A stretch of DNA of 64,000 bases from NCBI GenBank assembly GCA_023383815.1, contig JAHDYG010000008.1:35474-99473 (forward strand). Direction: 5' to 3'. Each line of letters begins with the position of its first letter. Within the stretch, counting starts at the first letter, position 1. Made by a program: the position numbers and the translations under genes. The notes under the pieces are model-generated. The model saw only the letters and a program-made list of their open reading frames with translations, was not told the origin of the DNA and did no database searches. This document shows, piece after piece, positions 22,043 to 30,938 of this stretch. The DNA comes from Rhodocyclaceae bacterium (GTDB lineage Bacteria; Pseudomonadota; Gammaproteobacteria; Burkholderiales; Rhodocyclaceae).

Positions 22043-23866
22043 ATGCGCATCCTGCTCCTGACCCACAGCTTCAACAGCCTCACGCAGCGCCTCTATGCGG
22101 AACTGGCCGGGGACGGCCATGAACTGTCCGTCGAGTTCGACATTGCCGACTCGGTCGCCGAGGAGGCGGTCGCTGCGTTTCGCCCCGACGTCGTGCTCGC
22201 TCCTTTCCTCAAGCGCGCGGTGCCCGAGTCGATCTGGGCGCGGCGCCTGACGCTCATCGTGCATCCGGGCATCGTCGGCGACCGCGGTCCGTCCGCGCTC
22301 GACTGGGCCATCACCGATGGCGCGAGCGATTGGGGCGTCACGGTGCTGCAGGCCGAGGCCGAGATGGATGCCGGGCCGGTGTGGGCGAGCGAGCGCTTCG
22401 CGATGCGCGCCGCGACCAAGGCGAGCCTGTACCGCACCGAGGTTACCGCCGCCGCGCTTGTCGCGGTGCGCCGTGCGCTCGAACGGGTGCCGGCCTGGCG
22501 GCGCGGTGAATGGGCGCCGACGCCGCTGGCGGCGCTGCTGCAGCGGCCGGGATCGTTCGGTCCGCCCGGGTGCCTGCGTCCGCTGATGAAGCAGGTCGAT
22601 CGGGCGATCGACTGGCGCCGCGACGATACCGCCGCGGTGCTGCGCCGGATCCGCGCAGCCGACGGGTTTCCGGGCGTGGCCGACATGCTGTTCGGCGAGC
22701 CCTGCCATCTTTTCGACGCTCACGCGGGGCGCCGGCCGGCCGGTGCCGAAGACGCCGCACCCGGCGAAGTCCTCGCACGGCGCGACGGTGCGCTGTTGCG
22801 CGCGACCGTCGATGGCGCGCTGTGGATCGGTCACGTCAAGCGCGGCGGCACGCATCCGTTCAAGCTGCCGGCGACCCAGGCCTTCGCCGCCGAGGCGGCC
22901 AGGCTGCCCGAATGGCCGGTGACGCTGATGCGTGGCCGTGGCCAGGGCAAGGCGGACGAATGCGACGAGTCCGGCGCGTGCGACGAGTGGGGCGAGCTTG
23001 CGTACCGAGAGAGCGACGATGCCGCGGTCGGCTTCCTGTCCTTCGATTTCTACAACGGCGCGATGTCGACCGCGCAGTGTGAGCGCCTGAGCGCGGCGAT
23101 CGGGTTCGCGCGCAGCCGCCCGACGCGCGTGCTGGTGCTCGAAGGCGGGCGCGATTTCTGGTCCAACGGCATCCATCTGAACACGATCGAGGCAGCGCCA
23201 TCCCCGGCCGACGAGTCATGGGCGAACATCAACGCGATGAACGACGTCTGCCTCGCGCTCCTTACGCTCACCGACCGCATCACGGTCGCCGCGCTCGCTG
23301 GCAACGCCGGGGCGGGCGGCTGCTTTCTCGCGCTCGCGGCCGACCATGTATGGGCAGCGAGCGGGGTGATCCTCAATCCACACTACAAGAACATGGGCAA
23401 CCTGTACGGCTCGGAGTACTGGAGCTATCTGTTGCCGCGCCGCGTCGGGGTGGACGCCGGGCGGCGCATCATGGGCAACCGCCTGCCCTTGCTGGCTCGC
23501 CAGGCAGCGGCCGCCGGTCTCATCGACGAGGCTTTCGGTGCGGACCCGGCCGGGTTCGCCGCCGAGGTCGCGCGCCGTGCGGCGGCGCTTGCCGCGGCCC
23601 CCGATCTGGCCGCGTGCATCGCGGCCAAGGCGGCACGGCGGGCTGCCGACGAGGCCGAAAAGCCGCTTGCCGCCTATCGTGCCGAGGAGCTGGCGCGGAT
23701 GCAGCGCAATTTCTACGGTTTCGATCCAAGCTACCACGTCGCGCGCTTTCACTTCGTGCTCAAGAGTCCGCACTCGTGGACGCCGCGCCACCTTGCCCGC
23801 CATCGTGATCTCGACTGGAACCGCCCCCGGGTCGCGGCCCCGGAAACCCGCGTGGAGACCGCCTGA
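22043..23866 (+). CDS. hypX: HypX/HoxX (formyltransferase-like N-domain fused to crotonase-like C-domain)
   Basis: ATG 22043, 607 aa. N-terminus MRILLLTHSFNSLTQRLY...HPGIVGDRGPSALDWAI. The C-terminal half has an enoyl-CoA-hydratase-like GNAGAGGCFLALAAD. Confidence 0.85.
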   Translation: MRILLLTHSFNSLTQRLYAELAGDGHELSVEFDIADSVAEEAVAAFRPDVVLAPFLKRAVPESIWARRLTLIVHPGIVGDRGPSALDWAITDGASDWGVTVLQAEAEMDAGPVWASERFAMRAATKASLYRTEVTAAALVAVRRALERVPAWRRGEWAPTPLAALLQRPGSFGPPGCLRPLMKQVDRAIDWRRDDTAAVLRRIRAADGFPGVADMLFGEPCHLFDAHAGRRPAGAEDAAPGEVLARRDGALLRATVDGALWIGHVKRGGTHPFKLPATQAFAAEAARLPEWPVTLMRGRGQGKADECDESGACDEWGELAYRESDDAAVGFLSFDFYNGAMSTAQCERLSAAIGFARSRPTRVLVLEGGRDFWSNGIHLNTIEAAPSPADESWANINAMNDVCLALLTLTDRITVAALAGNAGAGGCFLALAADHVWAASGVILNPHYKNMGNLYGSEYWSYLLPRRVGVDAGRRIMGNRLPLLARQAAAAGLIDEAFGADPAGFAAEVARRAAALAAAPDLAACIAAKAARRAADEAEKPLAAYRAEELARMQRNFYGFDPSYHVARFHFVLKSPHSWTPRHLARHRDLDWNRPRVAAPETRVETA

Positions 23867-23869
23867 ACC

Positions 23870-25315
23870 ATGAGCAAGAAGCTGCCCACCGTGCTCGTCG
23901 TCGATGACGAAATCCGCTCCCAGGAGGCGCTGCGGCGCACGCTGGAGGAGGACTTCGAGGTGTTCACCGCCTCGAATGCCGAGGAAGCCCTGGCCCTGAT
24001 GGAACGCGAGTGGGTGCAGATCGTGCTGTCGGACCAGCGCATGCCAGGCCCGTCCGGCGTCCACCTCCTGCGCGAGGTGCGCGCGCGCTGGCCCGACGCG
24101 GTGCGCATCATCATCTCGGGCTATACCGATTCGGAGGACATCATTGCCGGCATCAACGATGCCGGCATCTACCAGTATCTGCTCAAGCCATGGCAGCCCG
24201 AGCAATTGCTGCTCGCGTTGCGCTCGGCCGCCGAACTGCACCGCCTGCAGGCCGAGAACCAGCGCCTGTCGCTGGAACTGAAGGTCGCCGGGCCGGTGCT
24301 CAAGGAACGTGTTGCGGGCAAGAAGGAGGCCTCGCGCCGCCGCTTTGGCGCCGATGCGCTGCTGCGCATGCCCGACTCGCCGATGAACGCGCTGTGCGAT
24401 CTGGTTGCCAAGGTTGCCGACTTCGACATTCCGGTGCTGCTCGCGGGCGAGTCCGGCACCGGCAAGGAGCTGCTCGCACGCGCGCTGCACTACGGCAGCA
24501 GCCGCAGCGACCGCGGCTTCGTGGTCGAGAACTGCGGCGCGGTGCCAGACACCCTGCTCGAATCGGAGCTTTTCGGTGCCCGTCGCGGCGCCTTCACCGG
24601 CGCCCACGAGGATCGCGAGGGGCTGTTCCGCCAGGCAGACGGTGGCTCGATCCTGCTCGACGAGATCGGTGAGACGTCGGCGGCGTTCCAGGTCAAGCTG
24701 CTGCGCGTCTTGCAGGAGGGTGAGGTGCGTCCGGTCGGTGCGGCGCGACCGGTGGCGGTGGACGTGCGCGTGATCGCCGCGACCAACCGCGACCTCGAAG
24801 CCGAGGTGCGTGAAGGGCGCTTTCGCGAGGATCTGTACTACCGGCTCGCCGCGATCACGATCACGGTGCCGCCGCTGCGCGACCGGCGCATGGACATTCC
24901 GCTGATCGCGCAAAGCTACGTGGATAGCGTCGAGCGCTCGCTCGGGCGGCACTTCGACCCGCTCGGAGCCGACGTGATCGCCTGCCTGCAGGCCTACCGC
25001 TGGCCCGGTAACGTGCGTGAGCTGCGCAACGAGGTGCTGCGCATGATCGCGCTGTCGGACGGCCCGCGCCTGTCGGCCAGCCATCTGTCGCCGCGCGTGC
25101 TGCGCGCGGCCGAAGACCACCAGGAACCTGAGCTGAACCTGCTGGCCGGACTCGACGGCGACCTGAAAGCCAGGCTCGACGCGCTCGAGGCGCGCATCGT
25201 CAAGGAAAGCCTGATCCGCCACCGCTGGAACAAGACCCGCGCCGCGAACGAACTCGGCCTGTCGCGGGTCGGATTGCGCAACAAGCTCGCGCGCTACGGC
25301 CTGGAGCGTTGCTGA
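23870..25315 (+). CDS. hoxA: Sigma-54-dependent response regulator HoxA/HupR (NtrC family)
   Basis: REC domain (VLVVDDE...LSDQRMPG), AAA+ domain (GESGTGKE, GAFTGA) and a C-terminal Fis-type HTH. Confidence 0.9.
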   Translation: MSKKLPTVLVVDDEIRSQEALRRTLEEDFEVFTASNAEEALALMEREWVQIVLSDQRMPGPSGVHLLREVRARWPDAVRIIISGYTDSEDIIAGINDAGIYQYLLKPWQPEQLLLALRSAAELHRLQAENQRLSLELKVAGPVLKERVAGKKEASRRRFGADALLRMPDSPMNALCDLVAKVADFDIPVLLAGESGTGKELLARALHYGSSRSDRGFVVENCGAVPDTLLESELFGARRGAFTGAHEDREGLFRQADGGSILLDEIGETSAAFQVKLLRVLQEGEVRPVGAARPVAVDVRVIAATNRDLEAEVREGRFREDLYYRLAAITITVPPLRDRRMDIPLIAQSYVDSVERSLGRHFDPLGADVIACLQAYRWPGNVRELRNEVLRMIALSDGPRLSASHLSPRVLRAAEDHQEPELNLLAGLDGDLKARLDALEARIVKESLIRHRWNKTRAANELGLSRVGLRNKLARYGLERC

Positions 25316-25364
25316 TGACGCGCTGGCGCAAGAGCTTCGCGATGCGCTCCGGAGGATCCTTGCG

Positions 25365-26363
25365 ATGAACCTCGTCTGGCTGCAATCGGGGGGCTGCGGC
25401 GGCTGCACGATGTCGCTGCTGTGTCACGACGGCGGCAACGTCGTGACGACGCTGCGCGACGGTGGCATCGAACTGCTGTGGCACCCGTCGCTGTCCGAGG
25501 AAAGCGGGGCCGAGGCGATCGACCTTCTGCGCGCCTGCGCGAGCGGCGAGAGGCCGCTCGACCTGCTGTGTGTGGAAGGTGCGCTGCTGCGTGGCCCCAA
25601 CGGCAGCGGGCGCTTCCATATGCTGGCCGGGACCGGGCGGGCGATGATCGACTGGGTACGTGAACTGGCGGCGCGGGCGACGCACACGGTTGCGGTTGGA
25701 ACCTGCGCGGCCTACGGGGGCGTGCCCTCCGCCGGCATGAATCCGGCCGACGCCTGCGGCCTGCAGTACGACGGCGACGCGCCCGGGGGGCTGCTTGGTG
25801 CCGAGTACCGTGCGGCGGCCGGATTGCCGGTGATCAACGTGGCGGGCTGCCCGACCCACCCCGGCTGGGTGGTCGAGACCTTGCTCGCACTGGAGATGGG
25901 TGCGCTCGCGGCGGACGATCTCGATGCGCTCGGGCGGCCGCGCTTTTATGCCGACCACCTCGTGCACCATGGCTGCAGCCGCAACGAGTTCTACGAGTTC
26001 AAGGCCAGCGCCGAGAAGATCTCCGACCTCGGCTGCCTGATGGAGCACCTCGGCTGCAAGGCCACGCAGGCCCACGCCGACTGCAACATCCGGGGCTGGA
26101 ACGGCGGCGGCGCCTGCGCCGAGGGTGGCTATCCGTGCATCAACTGCACCGGACCGGGGTTCGAGGAGCCGGGCCACCCCTTCCTGCAGACGCCGAAGCT
26201 TGCCGGAATCCCGATCGGCCTGCCGGCCGACATGCCCAAGGCCTGGTTCGTAGCGCTCGCGGCCCTGTCGAAGTCGGCCACGCCAGGGCGTGTGCGCAGC
26301 AACGCGGTGTCCGATCATCCGGTGGTCGCGCCGGCCATCCGCAAGACCGGGCTCAAGTCATGA
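25365..26363 (+). CDS. hoxB: Regulatory (H2-sensing) hydrogenase small subunit HoxB/HupU
   Basis: 332 aa. It starts directly at MNLVWLQSGGCGGC, with no twin-arginine signal peptide. Fe-S Cys ligands are present. Confidence 0.85.
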   Translation: MNLVWLQSGGCGGCTMSLLCHDGGNVVTTLRDGGIELLWHPSLSEESGAEAIDLLRACASGERPLDLLCVEGALLRGPNGSGRFHMLAGTGRAMIDWVRELAARATHTVAVGTCAAYGGVPSAGMNPADACGLQYDGDAPGGLLGAEYRAAAGLPVINVAGCPTHPGWVVETLLALEMGALAADDLDALGRPRFYADHLVHHGCSRNEFYEFKASAEKISDLGCLMEHLGCKATQAHADCNIRGWNGGGACAEGGYPCINCTGPGFEEPGHPFLQTPKLAGIPIGLPADMPKAWFVALAALSKSATPGRVRSNAVSDHPVVAPAIRKTGLKS

Positions 26364-27823
26364 AGCGCATCGTGGTCGGACCCTTCAACCGTGTCGAGGG
26401 CGACCTCGAGGTCACGCTGACGCTCTCCGACGGGCGGGTCGCAAGCGCAGAAGTCAGCTCGCCGCTCTACCGGGGCTTCGAGCAGATCCTGCAGGGCAAG
26501 CATCCGCTCGATGCGCTGGCACTCGTGCCACGCATCTGCGGCATCTGCTCGGTGTCGCAGTCGGCGGCGGCCGCAGCGGCGCTGCGCGACGCGATGGGGC
26601 TCGTGCCGACCCCCAACGGCGAGCGGGTCGCGAACCTGGTCCTGGCGGCCGAGAACCTGGCCGACCACTTCACCCATTTCTATCTCTTCTTCATGCCCGA
26701 TTTCGCGCGTGAAAGCTATGCCGGGCGCCCCTGGTTCGAAGCTGCGCGGGCGCGCTTTCGCGCGGTCGAGGGGCAGGCGACTGCCCAGGCGCTGCCGGCA
26801 CGCACCGCCTTTCTTGAACTGATGGGGCTCCTTGCCGGCAAGTGGCCGCACTCGCTGACGCTGCAGCCGGGCGGTGCGGCGCGCGCGGTGAGCGCGAACG
26901 AAAAGGTGCGCGTGCTGACGATGCTGCGTGCGTTCCGCCGCTGGCTCGAAGGCCAGTTCTTCGGCGACCGCCTGGAGGCCGTCGCGGCGCTCGACTCCGA
27001 GGCCGCCCTGTGGTCCTGGGCCGATGCGCGGGACCGGGCGCGTTCCGATCTGGCGCACTTCCTCGCCATCGCCCGCGATCTCGATCTGCAGCGACTGGGC
27101 CGCGCCGAAGACCGCTTTCTCAGCCACGGCGCCTACGTCATCGAGGGGCAGCCGTTCTTTGCCCGCGGCGTCTGGAGTGCCGACGGCGGCCGCGCCGCAT
27201 TCGATCCCGATCACGTCACCGAGGACGGCACGCATGCGTGGCTCGCACCGACTGGCGACGGGCCGGCGGCGCTGCATCCGTTCGAGGGTCGCACCGAACC
27301 GGTCGAGACGAAGGAAGGCGCCTACACCTGGTGCAAGGCGCCGCGTCTGGCCGGGCGCACCGCCGAGTGCGGCGCGCTGGCCCGTCAGCTCATCGACGGC
27401 CATCCGCTGGCGACCGGTCTCGTCGCCACGCACGGCGCCAGCGTGCTCGCGCGCGTCCTTGCGCGCGCGCTCGAGTTCGCCCGCGTACTGCCTGCGATGG
27501 AAGCCTGGACGCGTGCGATCGTGCCTGGCGAACCCTTCTGCGCCCAGGGTGCGCTGCCCGACGAGGGCCAGGGCGTGGGGCTCGTCGAAGCGGCTCGCGG
27601 CTCGCTCGGCCACTGGCTGACGATCCGCCGCGGGCGCATCGCGAACTACCAGATCATCGCCCCGACGACCTGGAACTTCTCGCCCCGCGACGCCGCCGGG
27701 GCGCCCGGCGCGCTCGAACGGGCGCTGGTCGGCGCACCGGTCGGTGAGCACGAACGCGCGCCGCTCGCCGTGCAGCACATCGTGCGCTCGTTCGATCCGT
27801 GCATGGTGTGCACGGTGCATTGA
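26360..27823 (+). CDS. hoxC: Regulatory (H2-sensing) hydrogenase large subunit HoxC/HupV
   Basis: ATG 26360 (ATGA overlap with hoxB), 487 aa. Has RICGICSVSQS and ends ...DPCMVCTVH-stop, with no C-terminal extension. Confidence 0.9.
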   Translation: MKRIVVGPFNRVEGDLEVTLTLSDGRVASAEVSSPLYRGFEQILQGKHPLDALALVPRICGICSVSQSAAAAAALRDAMGLVPTPNGERVANLVLAAENLADHFTHFYLFFMPDFARESYAGRPWFEAARARFRAVEGQATAQALPARTAFLELMGLLAGKWPHSLTLQPGGAARAVSANEKVRVLTMLRAFRRWLEGQFFGDRLEAVAALDSEAALWSWADARDRARSDLAHFLAIARDLDLQRLGRAEDRFLSHGAYVIEGQPFFARGVWSADGGRAAFDPDHVTEDGTHAWLAPTGDGPAALHPFEGRTEPVETKEGAYTWCKAPRLAGRTAECGALARQLIDGHPLATGLVATHGASVLARVLARALEFARVLPAMEAWTRAIVPGEPFCAQGALPDEGQGVGLVEAARGSLGHWLTIRRGRIANYQIIAPTTWNFSPRDAAGAPGALERALVGAPVGEHERAPLAVQHIVRSFDPCMVCTVH

Positions 27824-27856
27824 GCGGTGCGTCTGCGGGAGGAAGTCTTCGAAACC

Positions 27857-29209
27857 ATGAGCGAACGCGAGCGCAAGTCCTTCAGCGAAGGTCTGGCCGA
27901 GCGACCGGCCGAACTTGCCGGCGTCGGTGACGACGTGTGGCTGGAGGTCATCCACAAGATGGATGAGGTGTACTCGGATCTGCTTCAGTACGAGGTTGCC
28001 CTCGAACAGAAGAACGCGAAGCTGGAGGAGTCGCAGCAATTCATCCTGTCGGTGCTGACCTCGATGTCCGACATCATGGTGGTGTGCGACCGAAATGGCG
28101 TGATCGAGGACGTCAACAGCTCGCTCGAGGAGTTCTGCGGCTGCGATGCCGCCGCGTTGCGGGGCAGCAGCATCTTTGATCTCTTCGCCGACGAGATTGC
28201 GAGCCGGCAGGCACGCACCCTCTTGGCAATGGCCGGCGAGCGCGGCATGTACGACTGCGAACTCCTGCTCAGGGCCTTCGATGGCTCGGCGGTGCCGGTC
28301 TCGCTCAACTGCACGCCGCGCTTCAGCGCCGTCGGAAAATCGCTCGGCATGGTGATCACCGGGCGCCCGGTCGGCGAACTGCGCAAGGCCTACCACGCCC
28401 TGCACCAGGCCCACGAGGATCTCAAGCGCACGCAGCAGCAACTGCTGCATTCCGAGAAGATGGCGTCCCTCGGGCGGCTCGTGGCTGGCGTCGCCCATGA
28501 GCTCAACAACCCGATCAGCTTCGTCCTCGGCAACGTGCATGTGATGCGCCGCTACGCCGAGCGCCTGGAGCGCTATCTTGCGAAGCTGCACGAGGGCGAG
28601 CTGGCCGCGGAACTCGTGCAGCTTCGCGCCGAACTCAAGGTCGACCGCATCCTCGCCGACCTGCCGCCGCTCATCGAGGGCACGATCGAAGGCGCCGAGC
28701 GCACGCGCGACATCGTCGACGGGCTCAAGCGCTTCTCCGCACTCGACCGCAACGAGAGCCGCCCCTTCGATCTCGCCGAGGTCATTGCGCGCGCGGTCAC
28801 CTGGATGTCGAAATCAGCCCGCCCGGATTTCCGCATCCTCGCCGAACTCCCGGCCGAACTGCCGATGGTCGGATCGGCCGGCCAGATCCAGCAGGTCGCG
28901 ATGAACCTGATCGAGAATGCCCGCGATGCCACCGCCGACCTCGCACATCCCCGCCTGGAGATCTCGGCCCGTATCGAAGGGCAGCACATCGTGCTCGCCT
29001 TCCGCGACAACGGCCCGGGGGTCAGCGAAGCACTGCAGTCGCAGATCTTCGACCCGTTCTTCACGACCAAACCGGTCGGCAAGGGCACTGGTCTCGGACT
29101 TGCGATCAGCTACGGCATCGTCGAACGCCACGGCGGCCGACTGACGGTCACCAACCATCCCGAAGGCGGCGCCGTCTTCGAACTGGTCCTGCCGCTCGCG
29201 GCGAAATAG
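27857..29209 (+). CDS. hoxJ: PAS-domain histidine kinase HoxJ/HupT
   Basis: ATG 27857 with GGGAGGAAG upstream (GTG 27827 is also possible). PAS region, H-box VAGVAHELNNPISF, and the HATPase G-boxes. Confidence 0.85.
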   Translation: MSERERKSFSEGLAERPAELAGVGDDVWLEVIHKMDEVYSDLLQYEVALEQKNAKLEESQQFILSVLTSMSDIMVVCDRNGVIEDVNSSLEEFCGCDAAALRGSSIFDLFADEIASRQARTLLAMAGERGMYDCELLLRAFDGSAVPVSLNCTPRFSAVGKSLGMVITGRPVGELRKAYHALHQAHEDLKRTQQQLLHSEKMASLGRLVAGVAHELNNPISFVLGNVHVMRRYAERLERYLAKLHEGELAAELVQLRAELKVDRILADLPPLIEGTIEGAERTRDIVDGLKRFSALDRNESRPFDLAEVIARAVTWMSKSARPDFRILAELPAELPMVGSAGQIQQVAMNLIENARDATADLAHPRLEISARIEGQHIVLAFRDNGPGVSEALQSQIFDPFFTTKPVGKGTGLGLAISYGIVERHGGRLTVTNHPEGGAVFELVLPLAAK

Positions 29210-29287
29210 TGTGTCGGGCACGGTGCCGCAAGTTTGGCCGTTGTCTGCCGCTTTCTCGGATTTCACTCCACCAGGAGCACTGCCACC

Positions 29288-29770
29288 ATGGAACGCATCA
29301 CGATCTCACTCGACGAGGCGCTGGCGCGCGAGTTCGACGAACTGATTGCCGCGCGCGGCTACAGCAACCGTTCGGAGGCGATGCGTGATCTGTTGCGGCG
29401 CGAGCTGGAAAGTGCGCGCCAGCGGGTCGAGACGGATGGGCAGTGCATCGCGACCCTGAGCTACATGTTCAACCACCACGAGCGCGAGCTGTCCGAGCGC
29501 CTGACCGGCCTGCAGCACGATCACCACGACCTGACGGTGTCGACGATGCATGCCCACCTCGACCACGACCACTGCATCGAATGCGCGATCCTGCGCGGGC
29601 CGACCGCGGCGGTGCGCCGGTTCGCCGGAGCGATCGTCGCCGAGCGGGGCGTGCGCCACGGCAGCCTGAATCTGGTGACGGTAGACATGACGAATACCAC
29701 CCATTCGCACGGCCACGACCACGCCCATCCACATGCACCGGGGCATGTGCACTACCGGCCGCGCAACTGA
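29288..29770 (+). CDS. nikR: Nickel-responsive regulator NikR with His-rich C-terminal tail
   Basis: ATG 29288, 160 aa. Ribbon-helix-helix N-terminus MERITISLDEALAREFD, nickel site H..HxH.....C (HAHLDHDHCIEC), and a C-terminal HSHGHDHAHPHAPGHVH. Confidence 0.9.
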   Translation: MERITISLDEALAREFDELIAARGYSNRSEAMRDLLRRELESARQRVETDGQCIATLSYMFNHHERELSERLTGLQHDHHDLTVSTMHAHLDHDHCIECAILRGPTAAVRRFAGAIVAERGVRHGSLNLVTVDMTNTTHSHGHDHAHPHAPGHVHYRPRN

Positions 29771-29805
29771 CGCCGCGCGATGCCGCGCGCCGGGGCGCGG
29801 TGGCG

Positions 29806-30285
29806 TCAGCAGGCGTTTGCGTGGGCGCCGGAACAGCTCCGGCACACGGCGCTGATCTCGATCTCGGGGCCGGCGAGCGTGTGGCCGGCCGCTTCCAGCG
29901 TCGACGCGAGCGCGGCGAGGGCAGCTTCGTCGCGCAGTTCGGTGACGCGTCCGCAGCGCGGGCAGACCAGGAACAGGCCGGCTTCGTCGTGGCAGTCGTG
30001 GTTGCAGGCGACAAACTGGTTGGTGCGTCCGATCTTGTGCGCGAGCCCCTGGTCGATCAGGAAATCGAGCGCGCGATAGACCGTGGGCGGCGTCGCCGAA
30101 GGGCGCACGGCGCGGATGCGGTCGAGCAGGTCGTAGGCCTTCAGCCCGCCGCTTTGCCGTCGCAGCAGCGTCAGCACCTCGCGCCGGATCGGCGTCAGGC
30201 TCGCGCCGCGCTGCCGGCAATGGGCCGCGGCTTCGTCGAGAAAGGCCTGCTCTTCGGCAGGCGTGAGCGTTGCGGGGTCGTTCAT
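29806..30285 (-). CDS. zur: Fur-family regulator, Zur-like
   Basis: ATG at 30285-30283 inside ORF 29806..30762, 159 aa. Winged helix (TPIRREVLTLL, PTVYRALDFL) and CxxC pairs (CPRCG, CRSC). Zur is assigned from context: it is divergent from dksA2 and COG0523. Confidence 0.8.
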   Translation of the reverse strand: MNDPATLTPAEEQAFLDEAAAHCRQRGASLTPIRREVLTLLRRQSGGLKAYDLLDRIRAVRPSATPPTVYRALDFLIDQGLAHKIGRTNQFVACNHDCHDEAGLFLVCPRCGRVTELRDEAALAALASTLEAAGHTLAGPEIEISAVCRSCSGAHANAC

Positions 30286-30466
30286 GGGTGTTCGCTGGGG
30301 AAGTCCGGCCATGATAGTCCGGAACGGCATCGCCGGGGATTGACCGATGCGCGGTCGTGCCAGGGAGAACGCGCACTTCGGGGACTTGCGAGTGCCCGGA
30401 GGCTTGCACCGATCCGGGTTTCGTGTATCTTCCCGGCCGACCCTTTGGTTCCGAGGAGCAAGCACG

Positions 30467-30901
30467 ATGACGACCGCGACCGTTGGCAAGAAGCCCGCAT
30501 TGACGAAGGAAGCGCTGCTCGCGCAGCCCGAAGAGGAGTACATGTCCGAAGCGCAGCTCGAGTTCTTCCGTGCCTTGTTGCTGGCCGAGAAGCAGGCGCT
30601 CGTCGATGCGGCGCGCGAGACGACGCTGCATCTGCAGGACAACGACGCGACGCCCGACTGGACCGACCGGGCGACCGTCGAGGAGGAGCATGCCCTGGAG
30701 CTGCGCGTGCGTGACCGCGAGCGCAAGCTGATGAAGAAGATCGACGAGGCGCTTGCACGCATTGCCGACGGCAGCTACGGCTGGTGCGAGGAGACCGGCG
30801 ACCCGATCGGGGTGGCGCGGCTCCTTGCGCGCCCGACCGCGACGCTGTCGATCGAGGCTCAGGAGCGCCACGAGGCGCTCGAACGCGTCCAGCGTAGCTG
30901 A
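30467..30901 (+). CDS. dksA2: DksA/TraR-family protein lacking the C4 zinc finger (DksA2-like)
   Basis: ATG 30467 with GAGGAG upstream, 144 aa. The coiled-coil DxxDxA-type region is present. GWCEETGDPIG...ATLSIEAQ stands in place of CxxC...CxxC. Confidence 0.8.
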   Translation: MTTATVGKKPALTKEALLAQPEEEYMSEAQLEFFRALLLAEKQALVDAARETTLHLQDNDATPDWTDRATVEEEHALELRVRDRERKLMKKIDEALARIADGSYGWCEETGDPIGVARLLARPTATLSIEAQERHEALERVQRS

Positions 30902-30938
30902 TGCCCGCACGCCGCGGTGACGGCAGGCCGGCCCGGCC

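Noticed and set aside
23216-28591. Minus-strand ORFs of 730 aa and 758 aa (23216..25408 and 26315..28591).
   Set aside because: They are antisense to hoxA and to hoxC/hoxJ respectively. No motifs are present and the composition is Arg/Ala/Gly-rich.
15445-29810. The hydrogenase island as a recognisable mobile element.
   Set aside because: I found no integrase, transposase, tRNA attachment site, inverted terminal repeats or flanking direct repeats. Horizontal origin remains possible but is unsupported by the sequence I can see.
30286-30466. A Zur operator in the zur/dksA2 divergent region.
   Set aside because: I could not find an AT-rich palindrome of the GTTATAAT-ATAAC or GAAATGTTATAACATTTC type on either strand. 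I therefore left no operator annotated and reported the absence in the zinc finding.
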